A DNA stretch of 62,397 nucleotides, filler included, from Rhabdomonas costata (GCA_019059605.1; 26 parts of 26 records of this genome joined end to end with filler, not necessarily neighbours in it); one strand, 5' to 3'. Numbered from the whole stretch's first letter, positions 11,852 through 24,903 are shown. The notes: generated from the letters alone by a model not told the origin. Made by a program: numbers and translations.

Positions 11852-13011
11852 AATGTGCCGTGAAACCCAATCCGCAGATAAGGCGGTCAGTGTAGCCCCG
11901 CGTTCCTGACCAACACGGACCNNNNNNNNNNNNNNNNNNNNNNNNNNNNNNNNNNNNNNNNNNNNTTAATTAATTAANNNNNNNNNNNNNNNNNNNNNNN
12001 NNNNNNNNNNNNNNNNNNNNNGCTTGGTTTTGGTGTTTTGCATGATGATATCTGCGTTTGCCCAATACAGCGGATCTTCCAACAGATCGTCAATCACAAC
12101 GAAAGGAGGGAACACCGAAGGCACTCAGAGGCCTGGACACTTGGCTTGAGAAACCAATGCATGCATGCAAGTGTTTCCTATCTGCCTTTGAATTTTGGAC
12201 CCGAGGCAGCTTTTTTAATCAAAACTCTCTCATTCTTTCGGTTTTAGTTTTTTTGTTCCCTGGGTTGGTTCGGTGTTTCTTGGTGTGAAAGCTTTTTGGC
12301 TTCACACCACACTGCACTGGCGACATCTATGCTCGGATATTCAGCCTCGGGTTTCGTTTCTCGAAATTGTAGCAGTATCCAGGTTTCCGATGGGCTTTTT
12401 TTTTTACAGCCCATCCCCCTCTGAGTTCAATGTGAATGTCAGCCTTTAGTCCGGAACTCCCCATGACCCCAATTGTCCTCTTTTTGTATCGGCACAACTG
12501 TCCTCATTTCCTTTTTTGTCTCCGTTCCATGCTCTGCCCGCCTCCCTGTCTCTCATCCGCTCGCTTCCTCTCTCTCGTTCAGTCCCTCTCTTCCCTTCTC
12601 ATATTCCCGACTCGGGTGCTCGCTACGTGTCGTTTCCTCATGTATCCCCTGTTTCGGTTCGTCTCGTCCCTCCTTTTTTCTTATTTTGCGGTACCCTTGT
12701 GGTGTTCTGGCTCGTTGTTTTTTGCAACCGATTTGCTATTGTCATTTTTTATCACCTTTCAGTGGTGTTCTTTCCGGGACCTGTATTTCGCCTTTTTTTT
12801 TTGCCTCTCGACATCATCCATTTACCCTTGTTGGGGATGTCCTTGTTTTACGCGAGTGAGAACCACCTGATTGGTGTAGTGTTTTTCATTTTGCACTCCT
12901 TCCCGCTGACTCCACCACACCCTCATTTTTATCGGTTGGGAAAGGCTTGTGAGGTGCAATGTCCTGAATGGGGGCCGATCAACGGGGTATGGGTATCCTA
13001 CTTTTCCTAAG

Positions 13012-14301
13012 ACGGAGTATGACGAGACTGTGAACGCACTGAAGAACGAGATCATGATGCTTCAGGGCAAGTTCAAGGACTACAAGGCCAAGCTGTTCCG
13101 CGAGATGCAGGTCAACCTTGAGGAGATCAAGCGCAACGCCATGCTGCAGATCGGCAAGAGCGATGTCGCACCGCTGCACATGAAGCGGCAGGTTTGGGCG
13201 CCATCAGAGGAGATGGCGAAGTGTGGGCTCGTGCGGTGGAAGCGAAGGGCAGTTGGAGGAGTGAAAGGATCCTTTGTGCAAAGTGTGTCTTGGCGCCTGT
13301 TTTGAAACTTCCCAGGCGATTTCGGCTACTTTGTTTGACTTTTGTGTCATGCTTCTTTGCGTCCAACTGTCATGTGTGGCATTTGTGGGATAGCGCGAGT
13401 GAGAGCGGCTGCTGAGAAGGCTGTTTTTAAGCACTGCGGTCGATCCTTGGCCATTTTGTGTCGCTGTGGGGCAGGCGTTGCGAATTGCTATCACTGAAGA
13501 GGAGATCAACAAGTTGAAGGATGAGAATGCCGAGCTGAGTGCGACGGTACTTGCATGCCCCCTCCCCTTATCACCACTACTGACACTGGCCCATTGAGGA
13601 GGTTCGCCTTGGCTTGGAGGGATTTGAAAAAAGACTTATCATCTAGGTTTCGTTCAGGTGATGGGTCGTTGTGTTTTGTCTCGTGTTTCATGAGTATCCT
13701 TTTGGAAATTTGCCTTTCGAAAATGAAGCGCGTCTTTTGTATACTTCTTCTCTCGAATTTTGTCATTGCCCAAATCATTGCCAGATTACCAAGCTGAAGC
13801 TGTTGCACGAGATCAAGTTGATGAATCAGCAGTCGATGTATGAGCGCAAGGTACGTTTGTATTTTTGCACTCGGGACGCTTCTGCTTTGCCTGCCAATTT
13901 AAGGATTCCACGCCGTAATGTTTTGCAGTCTTCCTCTGAGCCCTGTTGCATATTCCACCCACACTCACACGGCCGTTTTGTCCCATTGATACCGGGTGTT
14001 TTGAATTTCATAGCATAGGTCCCTGTCCCGCACTTCGTTGCCGATACCGGACGCCTTTTTTTTTACGAGTCTACCCCGCTAGGGCGGAGACCGTCTGTCG
14101 GACGACGACCGATTTCACTTAATGGTCCACTGCGGCCTACTGCGTGCTCCAATGGATTTGCTCACGCCCGATACACGCTGACAGCTTGCCCAGGCGGAGC
14201 AAGAGAGGCAGGAGGCCAGCAGCCAGTACTGGGGCAACCAGAAGTCCATTGAGGAGAAGGAGCAGCTGATGCGGCAGCAGCTCGCGCACACCCAGACCGC
14301 C
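13012..14301 (+). CDS. Coiled-coil protein (possibly CCDC162-like); exons 13012-13191, 13475-13546, 13785-13850, 14185-~14301
   Basis: Four GC3-rich phase-0 exons joined by GT-AG introns: TEYDETVNALKNEIMM...ALRIAITEEEINKLKDEN...KEQLMRQQLAHTQ. Confidence 0.8.
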
Positions 14302-14620
14302 ACCCCCACCCAACCACACCCACCACANNNNNNNNNNNNNNNNNNNNNNNNNNNNNNNNNNNNNNNNNNNNTTAATTAATTAANNNNNNNNNNNNNNNNN
14401 NNNNNNNNNNNNNNNNNNNNNNNNNNNGGGAAGGGGTGTGATGGGGGGGTGGGTAACAAGACAAACTTTTGTCCTTGTGGCGAGGTGAGCGAGAGGGGAA
14501 ATGTCGCCACACCACGCCACGTCGCAATAGAGCAAAAGCAACCCCCCGTTTAGAAAACAGGGCCCCTCTATGCCAAAAGCCAGGCATGACAGCGCTGACT
14601 GCGTGTGTGCGAGGGCGCAG

Positions 14621-15996
14621 AGGCGTGCCGGTCGCAGGAGGACAAGTGTAAAAGGTGTGTCTTGCAAACGAGGGGGGAGGGAGTTGCCGCATCAAGAAGC
14701 ACTCCAGGGCTCCTCGCCGGTCATTGTCGGCGACGACACTGACAAACGTTTGCTTTTTGCAAGTAGAGCATGAGAGGAGCAGAATGTCACATGTCCAGCA
14801 CCGCCAGACATGCTGAACCCTCTGCGACTCTCCAATTTGCTTTTTGTTTCGAATTTCAAGCGGTTCGCTGTTCAGTCATGTCCATCTACACAACAGTCAG
14901 CGTGCCCGCCACCACTACCTCATGCTTGACGCAGGTCGCTCCAGGGTAAAAAAAAAGGCAAGAAAAGAAAAAAGATCAGCAGAGGCTCTCATCGAGTCAA
15001 GCTGTGCAAACCCAGTCGCAGTGGGAGGTAACGTTGTGTGGTGGGGGTTGGGGTATTGCGATAGGTTGTTTACGACGGTCCCCAGCTCCCCACCCAGAAC
15101 GGCGGCGGGGACACTCTCCTGGGCACATTCGCGGTGCCGACGGGAGATGCCATTTATGGAGTGCACGTGTACAAGAGCCCAAAGATTGTGGGCATCAGCT
15201 TTGTCATCACGGGTCCTCCCTTCCTTCCCCCAGAGGGATTCGGGATCGCTGTGGGTTTTGCTTTGGTTGGGTGCACACACACCGTGGAAACAAACACATG
15301 TGTCACGTGCCGTAGACACAGAAGAAAGCCCTTTGATGTTTCACAGGCACGGGGCACGAAACAAGCAAGCCCGCAGAAAAATGTGAAGAAAAGACGAAAG
15401 CCTGATTGCCGTATAAGAATTGTTCAGTTTTTGTTTCAACTCAACCTCTTGTCCAGCGAAGTGGGTTGACGGGGGGTGCACGACATGCTCGCCTGAATTG
15501 CTTTTTTTGGACGCTGGCGTTTTGCTGTTCGAATTTGATTGTTTTGGAGCTTAAAACTTCTTAAAACGTCAATAAGAAAGAAATGGCTCTTGGACGCGTT
15601 AGACCACACAAATAACGGTGAGTGACTGTTTCCCAACAAGGTCGTCCGAGGGCAGTCTTAGCCGAGCTCTCGTCTGTCACCACCCTGTTAACCCGCTTCG
15701 TTGGTTGGCTGAGAGATTCGTCGGCGAAGGATGCTGCTGCTGTCCCCTCTGCAGGCGCAACCTCCTCGGTTTACGGCTTTGGGCCGAACAACTCGAAAAC
15801 AACTGTGGAGCACGAGTATGTGGCCGCGGCGGGTCGCCAGCTTGCGCACCTCTTCGGTACCAGCTCGAAGGATGACAACCTCAAGGATCGCTGCTTGCTG
15901 AGCCTTGGGTTCGCCTTCCAAAGCAACGTGCGGCGCCCCACCCACATCCCCCGCCTTTGGAGTGAAGAAAACGTGGCGGAGTACCGTTTCAGCAGG
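14621..15996 (+). CDS. Protein with jacalin-like beta-prism lectin domain; exons 14621-14719 (tentative), 14876-14934, 15098-15212, 15755-15996
   Basis: NGGGDTLLGTFAVPTGDAIYGVHVY...IVGISFVITGATSSVYG...GRQLAHLFG...LLSLGFAF follows the jacalin pattern; phase-compatible GT-AG introns. Confidence 0.6.
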
Positions 15997-16115
15997 GTCA
16001 GTAGGGGGGGCTCCTACCACCAACCTTTGGACCTACCTTGCTGAATTCTGTTAAAGAAAGTTTGGCAACTGCACACAAGGGACGTTAATGTCCTGACAAC
16101 ATTTTGCCCGCGTCT

Positions 16116-16730
16116 GGGGGGGGGGGTATTAAGTGGCCAGTTCTTGGAGCTCCGACTTTTCGTTCAAAGAATGAAAAAGTCTTCTTATTACTTAATATAT
16201 TTGAAGCATATATAATTTGCTGTTGAACTCTTATAGTTATTTGCCTCAACTGGGTTGAAATGAGTTGTTATTCTACCTTGTTGTGAATATAAATAATGTC
16301 AAACATTTCTATATAGATTGTTGTTTCAATATGCTGCTAAATTTTTTATCAGTTCTTAAATATTTTATCATATTATCAAACATGTACGATGAAAATATGA
16401 AAACGATTTCTTCACAGATAGCCTTTAAATAGGAATTATTTACTGATTTTAAAGATAATTTCTATAAAAAAACTCAACAAAGAAATAAAACAATACCAAC
16501 ATGAACGTGAACAAAATAAAAAACCAAAAAGAGAAGAAAGAGCTAGGGCTAAAAAAGAACTTGAATATACGGCGCAGGTGACAATTTGGAAAAAAAAAAA
16601 GTAAGTAGATCTCAAGCAGATAAAACAAAAAATCCTTCAAATATCAAACAATTAAAATTTAGAAGTTCAGACAAACCAGTATTTTTAAAGAAATTGCTTT
16701 ATTCCAGATTAATGCATGTAAAAACACCAT
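16116..16730. mobile_element. AT-rich island starting at a G-run/TATTAA motif; probable decayed transposon
   Basis: Abrupt drop in GC; frameshifted charged reading frame ELFTDFKDNFYKK/LNKEIKQYQHERE on +. Confidence 0.35.
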
Positions 16731-16836
16731 NNNNNNNNNNNNNNNNNNNNNNNNNNNNNNNNNNNNNNNNNNNNTTAATTAATTAANNNNNNNNNNNNNN
16801 NNNNNNNNNNNNNNNNNNNNNNNNNNNNNNTTTTTT

Positions 16837-16899
16837 GTGGACGAACCAGGCATGCCCACAAAGATCTCAACCCTCGGTGGGAAGGCCTGGTTCGTCCAC
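16837..16899. repeat. Hairpin with 15-bp perfect arms
   Basis: GTGGACGAACCAGGC ... GCCTGGTTCGTCCAC. Confidence 0.85.
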
Positions 16900-16949
16900 C
16901 AAATGTACCACAATCTTAACTGTTGACACTAATTATGCTTAAAATTACA

Positions 16950-16985
16950 CCAAATTCCCAAACTTAATTAATTTTGGGAATTTGG
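16950..16985. repeat. Short palindrome with 13-bp arms
   Basis: CCAAATTCCCAAA cttaattaat TTTGGGAATTTGG. Confidence 0.8.
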
Positions 16986-17028
16986 GAATTCACTTTGGGA
17001 AATTGGCAATTGAGTGCCCTGCTCATAC

Positions 17029-17313
17029 TTGTCTTGTATGGGCTCGCGAAAATCATCCATCTTCTTCGCGCGCTTGCCTCGGAGATGAAGGCGCTCATCC
17101 ATCCTCCTCATCCTATATCTAATGATGCCCTATTTCAAAAGAAGCGTTTGACTTTGCGTGTCTCCCGGTATAGTCCGGGGGTTTGGGGGTTTCTGGCCCA
17201 GAGGACGCCAACCTCCATGCCGCACTCGCCTCGGTGCTGGGCTTCAGTGGTTCGTTGGGGTTCAGCGACGATCGCTCTTTCCCCGGTAGTGGCTGCAGAA
17301 TTCCGGCCCGCAC
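17029..17313 (-). CDS. Hypothetical protein; exons ~17313-17153, 17112-17029
   Basis: 40-nt GT-AG intron joins ...DYTGRHAK to MRRMDERLHLRGKRAKKMDDFREPIQD in phase. Confidence 0.4.
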
Positions 17314-18403
17314 AAGTTTGAACGGCGTTCCTCCAACACGAGCATTTCATTAAAAACTAGCACTGTATCCTGGAGGTTTCTCGCTCGGACCGTTTCGGAG
17401 AGACAAGGTCTCATAGCTGAGTTCAGAGGTCACAACACACACACACACACACACAATGATAAACCATTTTGTCACGGCGTTTGTAGTTACAACGCAACAG
17501 TGGCCATCAGTGTGAGTGGTTCCAATCAGTTGCCGTCTGTTTCTGATAATCTAATAATCTATTTTTCCATTTGGCGACGCGCTAGGAGAACGTTGGGACG
17601 CTTTGTTTAATCACATGCTGTTAAAGGATGCTTAGCCTTTACATTGATTGCTTAATTAGCGCGCTTGCCCATGCATACCAAACGCAGCAAGGATTTGGAC
17701 CGACCAGATTGATGACGCCTTTTGCTTCGCGGTCGGTCGTCGGGATGGAAAAATGCCGCAGACGGGGGCCCCAGCGGAGGGAGCCTACGAGGGCCAAAGG
17801 TGGTTCACGGCGGTTATGCGCTCCGTCAAACCCAATGGTTTTGCAGGCGTCGGCAAGCCATTTTCTGTTTGAATCAAAGCCCGCGGAGCGGGAAAGGCGT
17901 CCCTTATCCGGCTTCAGGCTTGGTGTGCGCATGTTGGTTTTGCTCTTTTGAAGGGTGCAGCGGTTGAGCGCCCCGCCCCTTCGTGCTTCTTTCCCAATTC
18001 ATATTTTTTTTTAAACAACCGAGAACCCCTCAACGATGGGGTGTCGCACTTCATCGGCGCCATCTCACCCGGTAGCTCCGGTGTATCTACCCCATCCCGC
18101 CCTTCTTGGCCCTTCTTGGGCTTACTTCGAGCCTCGCGTTTGAAGATACTGTTCCCACTTTTGGACCCGAGTGGCATAAATGGAGACAACGCCCTGAGGT
18201 CACGGCGTAAACATGAGGACGGTGCCGATCACAAACAAGGACACCAAGTATTATGTGTAATCTCCTCTTTTCGACGGGAACAGGCATGCCAGGCCCAAGA
18301 GACAACACGTAGACAAATACGAAACCATGTCAGCAAACGTGCACTTCCGTGCGATGCGCTGCGGCTGCAGACCGACAGCCCAAACCCACTCTGTGTCTCT
18401 CTC

Positions 18404-19107
18404 TTAGGGCAAGATGGCAACAATATCCGTCCACGAGCCCCACCAGTCAAAGTTCCGCGACAGCTTCAGCCACTCCACGTTCTCGCGGAAGCCTGTGGGG
18501 CGGTGAAAACTGCCGTACCGCCGCACAAAGCCCTTGCGGAGAGGCTCTGAGATCTGGCTGTCGTACAAGTCATACCCCAGGCCGTGCAAAAGTTCCAGCA
18601 CCTCCACCGCGTCACTGTGCGCACTCCATTCCTGTAGAAAACAAGATCTTCCAGGGACTCATCCTCTAAAGATTCTCATCCTCACAAATTACCAACTGGT
18701 GCTACCTTAAACCAAAGAAAAGTTGGTGTGAATCCTTCGTTGCAACGTGTCACCGGCTGCAATACGTTGAGTGCTCGAAGGCGCCCGTCGCTGCACTATT
18801 TTCTTGTTTAATTAATGGAAACAACCCCAGTGTGGCCCACCAGCACGCATCGCTCGCCCCTGTACTAATCTCCCTAGGATGATTGCGCGCACAAGATGAC
18901 AAACTCATGCACCATCATTGCCGGGTTGAACTCCACAATGATTACTCTGGGACGAGCAGCCAAGGTCCTCATCGCCCCCCGAAGTACGGCCAACTCGTGG
19001 CCCTCGACGTCGATCTTTAGGATGTACGGCTGGTCCTCCGGATCGAGCAGGTCGTCCAGGCGGTTAACCGAGACTTCGTCTTGGTGCCCCTTCCACTTGG
19101 GGTTGTC
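18404..19107 (-). CDS. FkbM-family methyltransferase, C-terminal part; exons 19107-18913, 18631-18404
   Basis: RLDDLL...ILKIDVEGHELAVLRGA...IIVEFNP...LELLHGLGY; GT-AG intron; TAA stop. Confidence 0.9.
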
Positions 19108-19813
19108 CTGCCAAAGGAGAATCCGACACACAACCNNNNNNNNNNNNNNNNNNNNNNNNNNNNNNNNNNNNNNNNNNNNTTAATTAATTAANNNNNNNNN
19201 NNNNNNNNNNNNNNNNNNNNNNNNNNNNNNNNNNNGGGGGGGTTGGTTCGTATTGTCGTGTGCTTGCGTGGGCTTTGGATTGTTCCTTTTGGATTGGGTT
19301 GGTGGGTTTTGGGTTGTTCTTTTGTTGGTGCCTTTTAGTGCTCTGCACGTGTTTCGGATTACCCCCACTTCCTCGGGATATGCCTTGTCCCGCGTTGTGC
19401 TGTAAGAAATGTGCTGTACGGCGAGGCCTCTTCCTCCGCATGGTTGGATCATTGCTGCGCCCAGGGCTTCAGGGCGTGCTGCCCCCTGCCCCCTTTTTTT
19501 CTTGCGTGATTATTGCTGTTTTAAAATTCGGGACTGAACCGGCTGCACCCGAACCGCTGCGTTTTGCTTTTTGCTGGCTTTTTTCTGTCTTTGGAAGGCT
19601 CCCACACCAACGAGTGCCTCCAGGAAACAATGGGACCAGCAAGTTGCAATACCTTTTCGGAGAGTGCGCGTAGTCTGCTTGTGACGAAAAAACCGGTTTT
19701 TGCGCTGTGATGACCCAATATTACCCGCATGACCTTAAAAGTAAGGTATAAACTGGAGAAGGCATTTTTTCTCTAAGCCAATGTTTCCGAGTAAAAAGTT
19801 GTTGCTGAAACGC

Positions 19814-19949
19814 TGCATTTGAACAGCTTATCCTTGTTGGTTAACGCAGCGCATATCTGCGCGACTTTTTTTATTATTACGAACGTTGGGTAACGTACAC
19901 TATCCATATTGCGCTGGGTTAACCAACAAGGATAAGCTGTTCAAATGCA
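19814..19949. repeat. Long hairpin/MITE, 32-bp perfect arms extending to ~40 bp
   Basis: TGCATTTGAACAGCTTATCCTTGTTGGTTAAC ... GTTAACCAACAAGGATAAGCTGTTCAAATGCA. Confidence 0.93.
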
Positions 19950-20034
19950 CCAGACTGAAAAAGAAGGAGGAAATCAAGTCTTTCAACAACGTCATCAGCA
20001 GCTTCCAGCTTCCATCCACCTTTCGCGCCATTAC

Positions 20035-21539
20035 CTGCCATCGACATCGACGTCGGATACTGTGTGCACTATATTTACGTTGGCAACCACAGAGGCCAAA
20101 GTAATATAAGGAAAACAAACCTGAATCCCTTTAATCTGTTGGCGTTGTTTGATAAACGGGTTTTCACCCACCAAAAAGCATAACACCCGAATACTCTACT
20201 TGCCAATGCCAAGCAAGAATTTTGTCCGCGCAAACCCTCCACACGCACACCAGAACCACATACCACGGTGCCAACGGTGCAGACTTCGCCCAGCTTCCCC
20301 GATGTCCCGAAGTCCGCCAGCTTGCACGTCCCCGCGGGGCTGACCAGCACATTGCGAGGCTTGATATCCCTGCAAGTGCACAAAAAGAAAAGCTCCTCCC
20401 CTACAAAATACTCCCAACTATTCTCGGCGCGCTGCCCAGTCCTGCCATTACAAACTACGGCATCAACCGTAGTGGGCGAAAACGAAAGACAGTCGAAAAA
20501 ACAAAGAAGCTTATTCTATGAAGCTGCACTGTTCGATTGCAAACTTGAAGTCGCCCACACACGAATACATTACCACCACCTCAACTGCCCCTACCTGTGC
20601 AGAATGTCGTTCCGGTGGAGGTAGGTCAGGCCCTTGAGGATGTCCCGCGAGTACCGAGCCGCACAGCCCACCGGGATCTTGTGAAAGGAGTTGATAACAG
20701 ACTCCAGGGAACCTCCGCTGACATACTCCTGGACAGCAACAAAGGCACCAACCTGATTGCATCAACAGATGAACAAGAACGTCTCGAAGAGAATTCGATG
20801 CGATATTTCTCTAGTTATTATACAAATAATCCAGTCAGCAAATGCAAAGTGCAATGCGACTAAAAACGCTGAGCCACACGTGGTGCAGCTCCGGGCGCTT
20901 CTCAACACTTTCAGACCACTATTGTATTTGGGCACAGTTCACCCAAAAGTTCACTCTCAGAACCTTACCTGTGATTGGGCTTACCTGTGATTGTGCGTTT
21001 TTCTCGAAATCACTACGACCATTTTTACTATAACTAAACCCCTGTAAGTTCGAATCCTCACCGCTTGGGTCGCACTTTTCCACCTTTAACTTTTATGGTC
21101 ACGCGGGCAATATTTAAAGCAAAAACGAAAAGGATAGACATAAAGCCCCCCCAAAAAAAGTAACAAAAACAATTTGGTGCAACTACCAGCAACGCTCCTG
21201 CTGCTGCGCCGCTGCCTACTGCTTCAGTACTTTCCCAGATGCGTCAAAGCTCCAGAGTACTCAGCGAAAAAAAACCAGCAAAGGAAAGCAACGATAATAA
21301 CAGTGCGCAAAAAAAAACGGGGGGGTCATACCATCACGATGATGATGTACCCAGATGCAAACGCACTGCTCAGATAGCCAACAATGTTCTTGTGATGGAA
21401 TTGCGACAGCAGCCCAATCTCCTTCAGGATCGATTCCACAAGCTGCCCATCGTCCCCTGAAATCTTCACCTGCTTCACCGCTGCCAGCGTGCCGCTCTCG
21501 CTCATCCCTACAAACACCGTGCCCCAGTTCCCAAACCCC
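20035..21539 (-). CDS. STE11/NPK1-like MAP kinase kinase kinase domain; exons 21539-21332, 20728-20595, 20369-20264, 20059-20035 (last tentative)
   Basis: G.GNWGTV...AAVKQV...EIGLL...HKNIVGY...MEYVSGGSL...HRDIKPRNVL...KLADFG; GT-AG introns. Confidence 0.93.
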
Positions 21540-22207
21540 NNNNNNNNNNNNNNNNNNNNNNNNNNNNNNNNNNNNNNNNNNNNTTAATTAATTAANNNNN
21601 NNNNNNNNNNNNNNNNNNNNNNNNNNNNNNNNNNNNNNNCAGACAGAACGACAGTGATACACGAGTGGGAATTTCAGAATGACGTAACGAAGAAGTAAGC
21701 CGACAAAGGGAAACGCAAAATAGAAAGGGAACGAGTGGGGTTTCGCTGGTGCCATGCTTAAAAGGGCAAAACAGTTCTAACGGTATGTCCCGGGAAGAAC
21801 GGAAGGTATGCGAGAGAAGGAGATGGGGAGAGGGGACCCTCTCGAGCCCCTGGGTAGGCAGGAGAAAGACCTCATTCCCTTTTCGACTTCTCGGTGCCAG
21901 ACACTCTCTCGCTTCGGATGTGCAATGTCAAGCTCTCTGGGTAAGGGGACACGAGCCGAGGGGGGAACAACAGCAAACACAGCAGCAAACAATTTTGACA
22001 ACAAGAACGCACAACACGACACAAACATTGAAGTCAGCCGGTGCTGACCCGAAGGCACCCTGCGCAGCAATGCCCCCACTACTATTCCTTTTGCGCCTAA
22101 TGAGAGAGCAATGCTGAAGCACCGGCAAGCACCCGCAGGAGTTCCGCGGTACCAAAGGTACCGAATACCAATGAACGCCAAGCCCACAGAGCAATGACGG
22201 GAAGGGT

Positions 22208-23943
22208 TTATCTGCTGCCGAAGCGCAGGTAGTGCAGGAGGATCAGTCCGATGACCATGAAGCCTCCTGTGAAGCCCAACACGACGGCCTGGGCAGGCCA
22301 GTAGTTCGAGCTGCTCATCCCCATGAAGGTCACCACGTCATTGCCGTTCACGCACGACACGAACGGCGTCATGGCAGCAGAGGCGTCGCAGAGCAAAAAC
22401 CCCCATCATAGAAGGAAGTAATCATGGACTGGTAGGTCCACCTGCAGTGCAAGGTGGAGACTTTTATCTGTGGCATTAGCGCGCAATTCGTAACCAGCTG
22501 GCGAAACCCTCCATTAACGACCGAATTATGCATTGGAGATTCACTATCCATTGGACGAGCATTGCACAAAAGGAGGACAGGAGGAGAAGGGGGGGCATAC
22601 ATCAAAGGGTTGGTGTAGTACATCCAGAGGTAGCCCGATGGAAGCAGAGGTCTTCGGAGATAGAAACCTGAAGAGCCAACCCCCAAGGCAACAACAGAGA
22701 AAAAAATAGAGAGAATGTCTTCGGAGCAGTAAAACAGGCAAAAACGCGTGACTGCTGGCATGTGCAATTTGTTTCACTGATGATGTTCCCATTTGTCTTT
22801 TTTCTCGTCTCGCGTTCACGGTTGAGTGAGGCGAAAGAAAAACCACCACGGAAAATGCGCCAGAATTCAGAAATGCTAGAATTCAGAATTAGCACCTGAG
22901 GAAAGCATTTTTTCGTAGCTGTTCAAGCAAAAGGCGTGAAAAAGCAACTGAAAAAATGTAACACGGGGGGGGGGGGGATGATAATGCAAGTAAACAACCA
23001 TAACATCGGGATTTTTCCGAAACAAACATTTCATGTCAGTATATTGTAATACACAGAAAAAGGCTGTGCAAGGATGTATGAAGGAACCTGCGAAGGAGCT
23101 CATCCAGTTGGCCATTCCCGTACCAATGGCGTTGCCCACCTCCACGGTTGGGGAGAGCCTAGCGATGCACTGGCCCATGTACGTGCACATCGCCGTGAAC
23201 AGCGCCAGGGGGAGCAGGTACTGGAAGTACAGGATCGGCGCGGTGGCCTCTACGGGCTCCCCGTTGATGTCAGACAAAAACCTGCGACCAAAAATAAGTG
23301 CCCCACTCGTTGGGCGAATCCCACCGCCGTTCAAAGTGCTTTCTGGTCAAGTGCAACAAAAGTAGTTCTCTTCGCTGATGCGCCAGTGTTCTCCACAATA
23401 CAGTAGCTTCTTCAGAACCAAATCTGGAAAGCACCTATTTCACATCATCACACTCAATTCCCCCCAAAAGGCAAATCCACAACCACATTGCCCTCGTTTT
23501 CATTTCTCTGACTGCCTGGACTGCCTGGATTTCATCTCTATTTTCTTCTAAGCCAAACCCGATGCAGGCACAATCAGGCAAAAGCGCACACCAGACTATT
23601 GCAAGAAAGACTCCTGTGATGGCCAAGACGTAAGGCAGCTCCGCGATCTGGTAGCACACCCCATACACCCACGGGGCGTATGTCCGCGAGGCCTGCTCCC
23701 GATTGAACACTGGACGCTCCTCGATATGCACGGAAAGCCCGGCCACTATGAAGGTCAGGCCCAAGTAGAAAGTTGTGGTGTAGGCCCAGCTGAGATGAAG
23801 GAAGATGTCATGCATGTTCCACGTCAGCCTCCAGTAGGCTGTGCCGAAGATCACCGCGAAGGCAGAAACGATTAGCATTCGGATCAGGTTGTAGCCGGGG
23901 CTTCTCCAGTACACCGTCATGCACCGACGCAGGACAAACCCCA
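22208..23943 (-). CDS. ABCG/PDR transporter, C-terminal membrane domain; exons 23943-23592, 23281-23088, 22667-22601, 22441-22208 (frameshift at ~22396)
   Basis: YWRSPGYNLIR...EERPVFNREQASRTY...IAELPY...FAGFYL...WMYYTNP; three GT-AG introns; TAA stop after LHYLRFGSR. Confidence 0.93.
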
Positions 23944-24773
23944 NNNNNNNNNNNNNNNNNNNNNNNNNNNNNNNNNNNNNNNNNNNNTTAATTAATTAAN
24001 NNNNNNNNNNNNNNNNNNNNNNNNNNNNNNNNNNNNNNNNNNNTTGTTTTTGTGGTTTGGCTAATTAGCACCCGAGTCCGGGTTCTGCAGCAGGTTTGGG
24101 GGGGGGGGCATAAATGCACTTGATAGGGGTGGGGGTGTTAAATGCACTAGCGCCGCAATTCCTGCAGATTATCGCGAACCCCACTGCCCATCACGCTGAG
24201 GTCGCTCATCAACACAGGCATTATTTTCAGTTATTCGAAAATGCGGCTCCCATGCATGGATTAAGTTGTGTTTAGATGTTTCGCCGCGTGTAGAGCGATA
24301 AAACCAATGTGTAACTTTCAAATTCAGATTCCCACCCACTCACACGCGCACAGATCAATTTAACCATCCCCCCCGTTGTCATCCGCTGGCGTCACGTCAT
24401 GGGGTACGTCACTTGGTCACTTCTGCCTAACCATTTAGACTCATCTCCCGCGCTCATCCACGCTCCGACAAAAAGAAGCTACGACCTCCTTGAAGCATCT
24501 GTAGCTGGGGGTATCTTGTTGCGCCGACCACCGTGAGGTGGTCACCAACTGCCAGTTAGGCAACAACCAGCGCGCTTAGTGCCCCCCTCACACACACTTC
24601 GCTTGAATTCAGACTCGGCAGGAGCTTGTTCCCGAGGGCCTGCTTACCCCACTCACCTTTCCACATGCACACCGAAAAAGGCAATTGTGATTCTGCGCTG
24701 TGCGCTGGGAGTGCTCCTCGTAACTTGTGGTGTTCACGTTGCTGGGTGCCGCGGTGGCCCTGGCTGACCTCAG

Positions 24774-24903
24774 GCAGGCTCTGGCCCTGGAGGCCTCGCA
24801 GAGCCGGGTGACCGGCCCTACCAGCTCCGTCACTGTGATTCCACCCCTCAGGGCCGAGGTGCTCCTGGGCATCCAGACAACGCCTGACCTGATCAATGCG
24901 TAG
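24774..24903 (+). CDS. Probable terminal exon of an unknown gene
   Basis: CTGACCTCAG acceptor, GC3-rich QALALEASQSRVTGP...PDLINA, TAG stop. Confidence 0.5.

Noticed and set aside
21044..21063. GTTCGAATCC tRNA T-loop-like word
   Set aside because: No D arm, anticodon arm or acceptor stem
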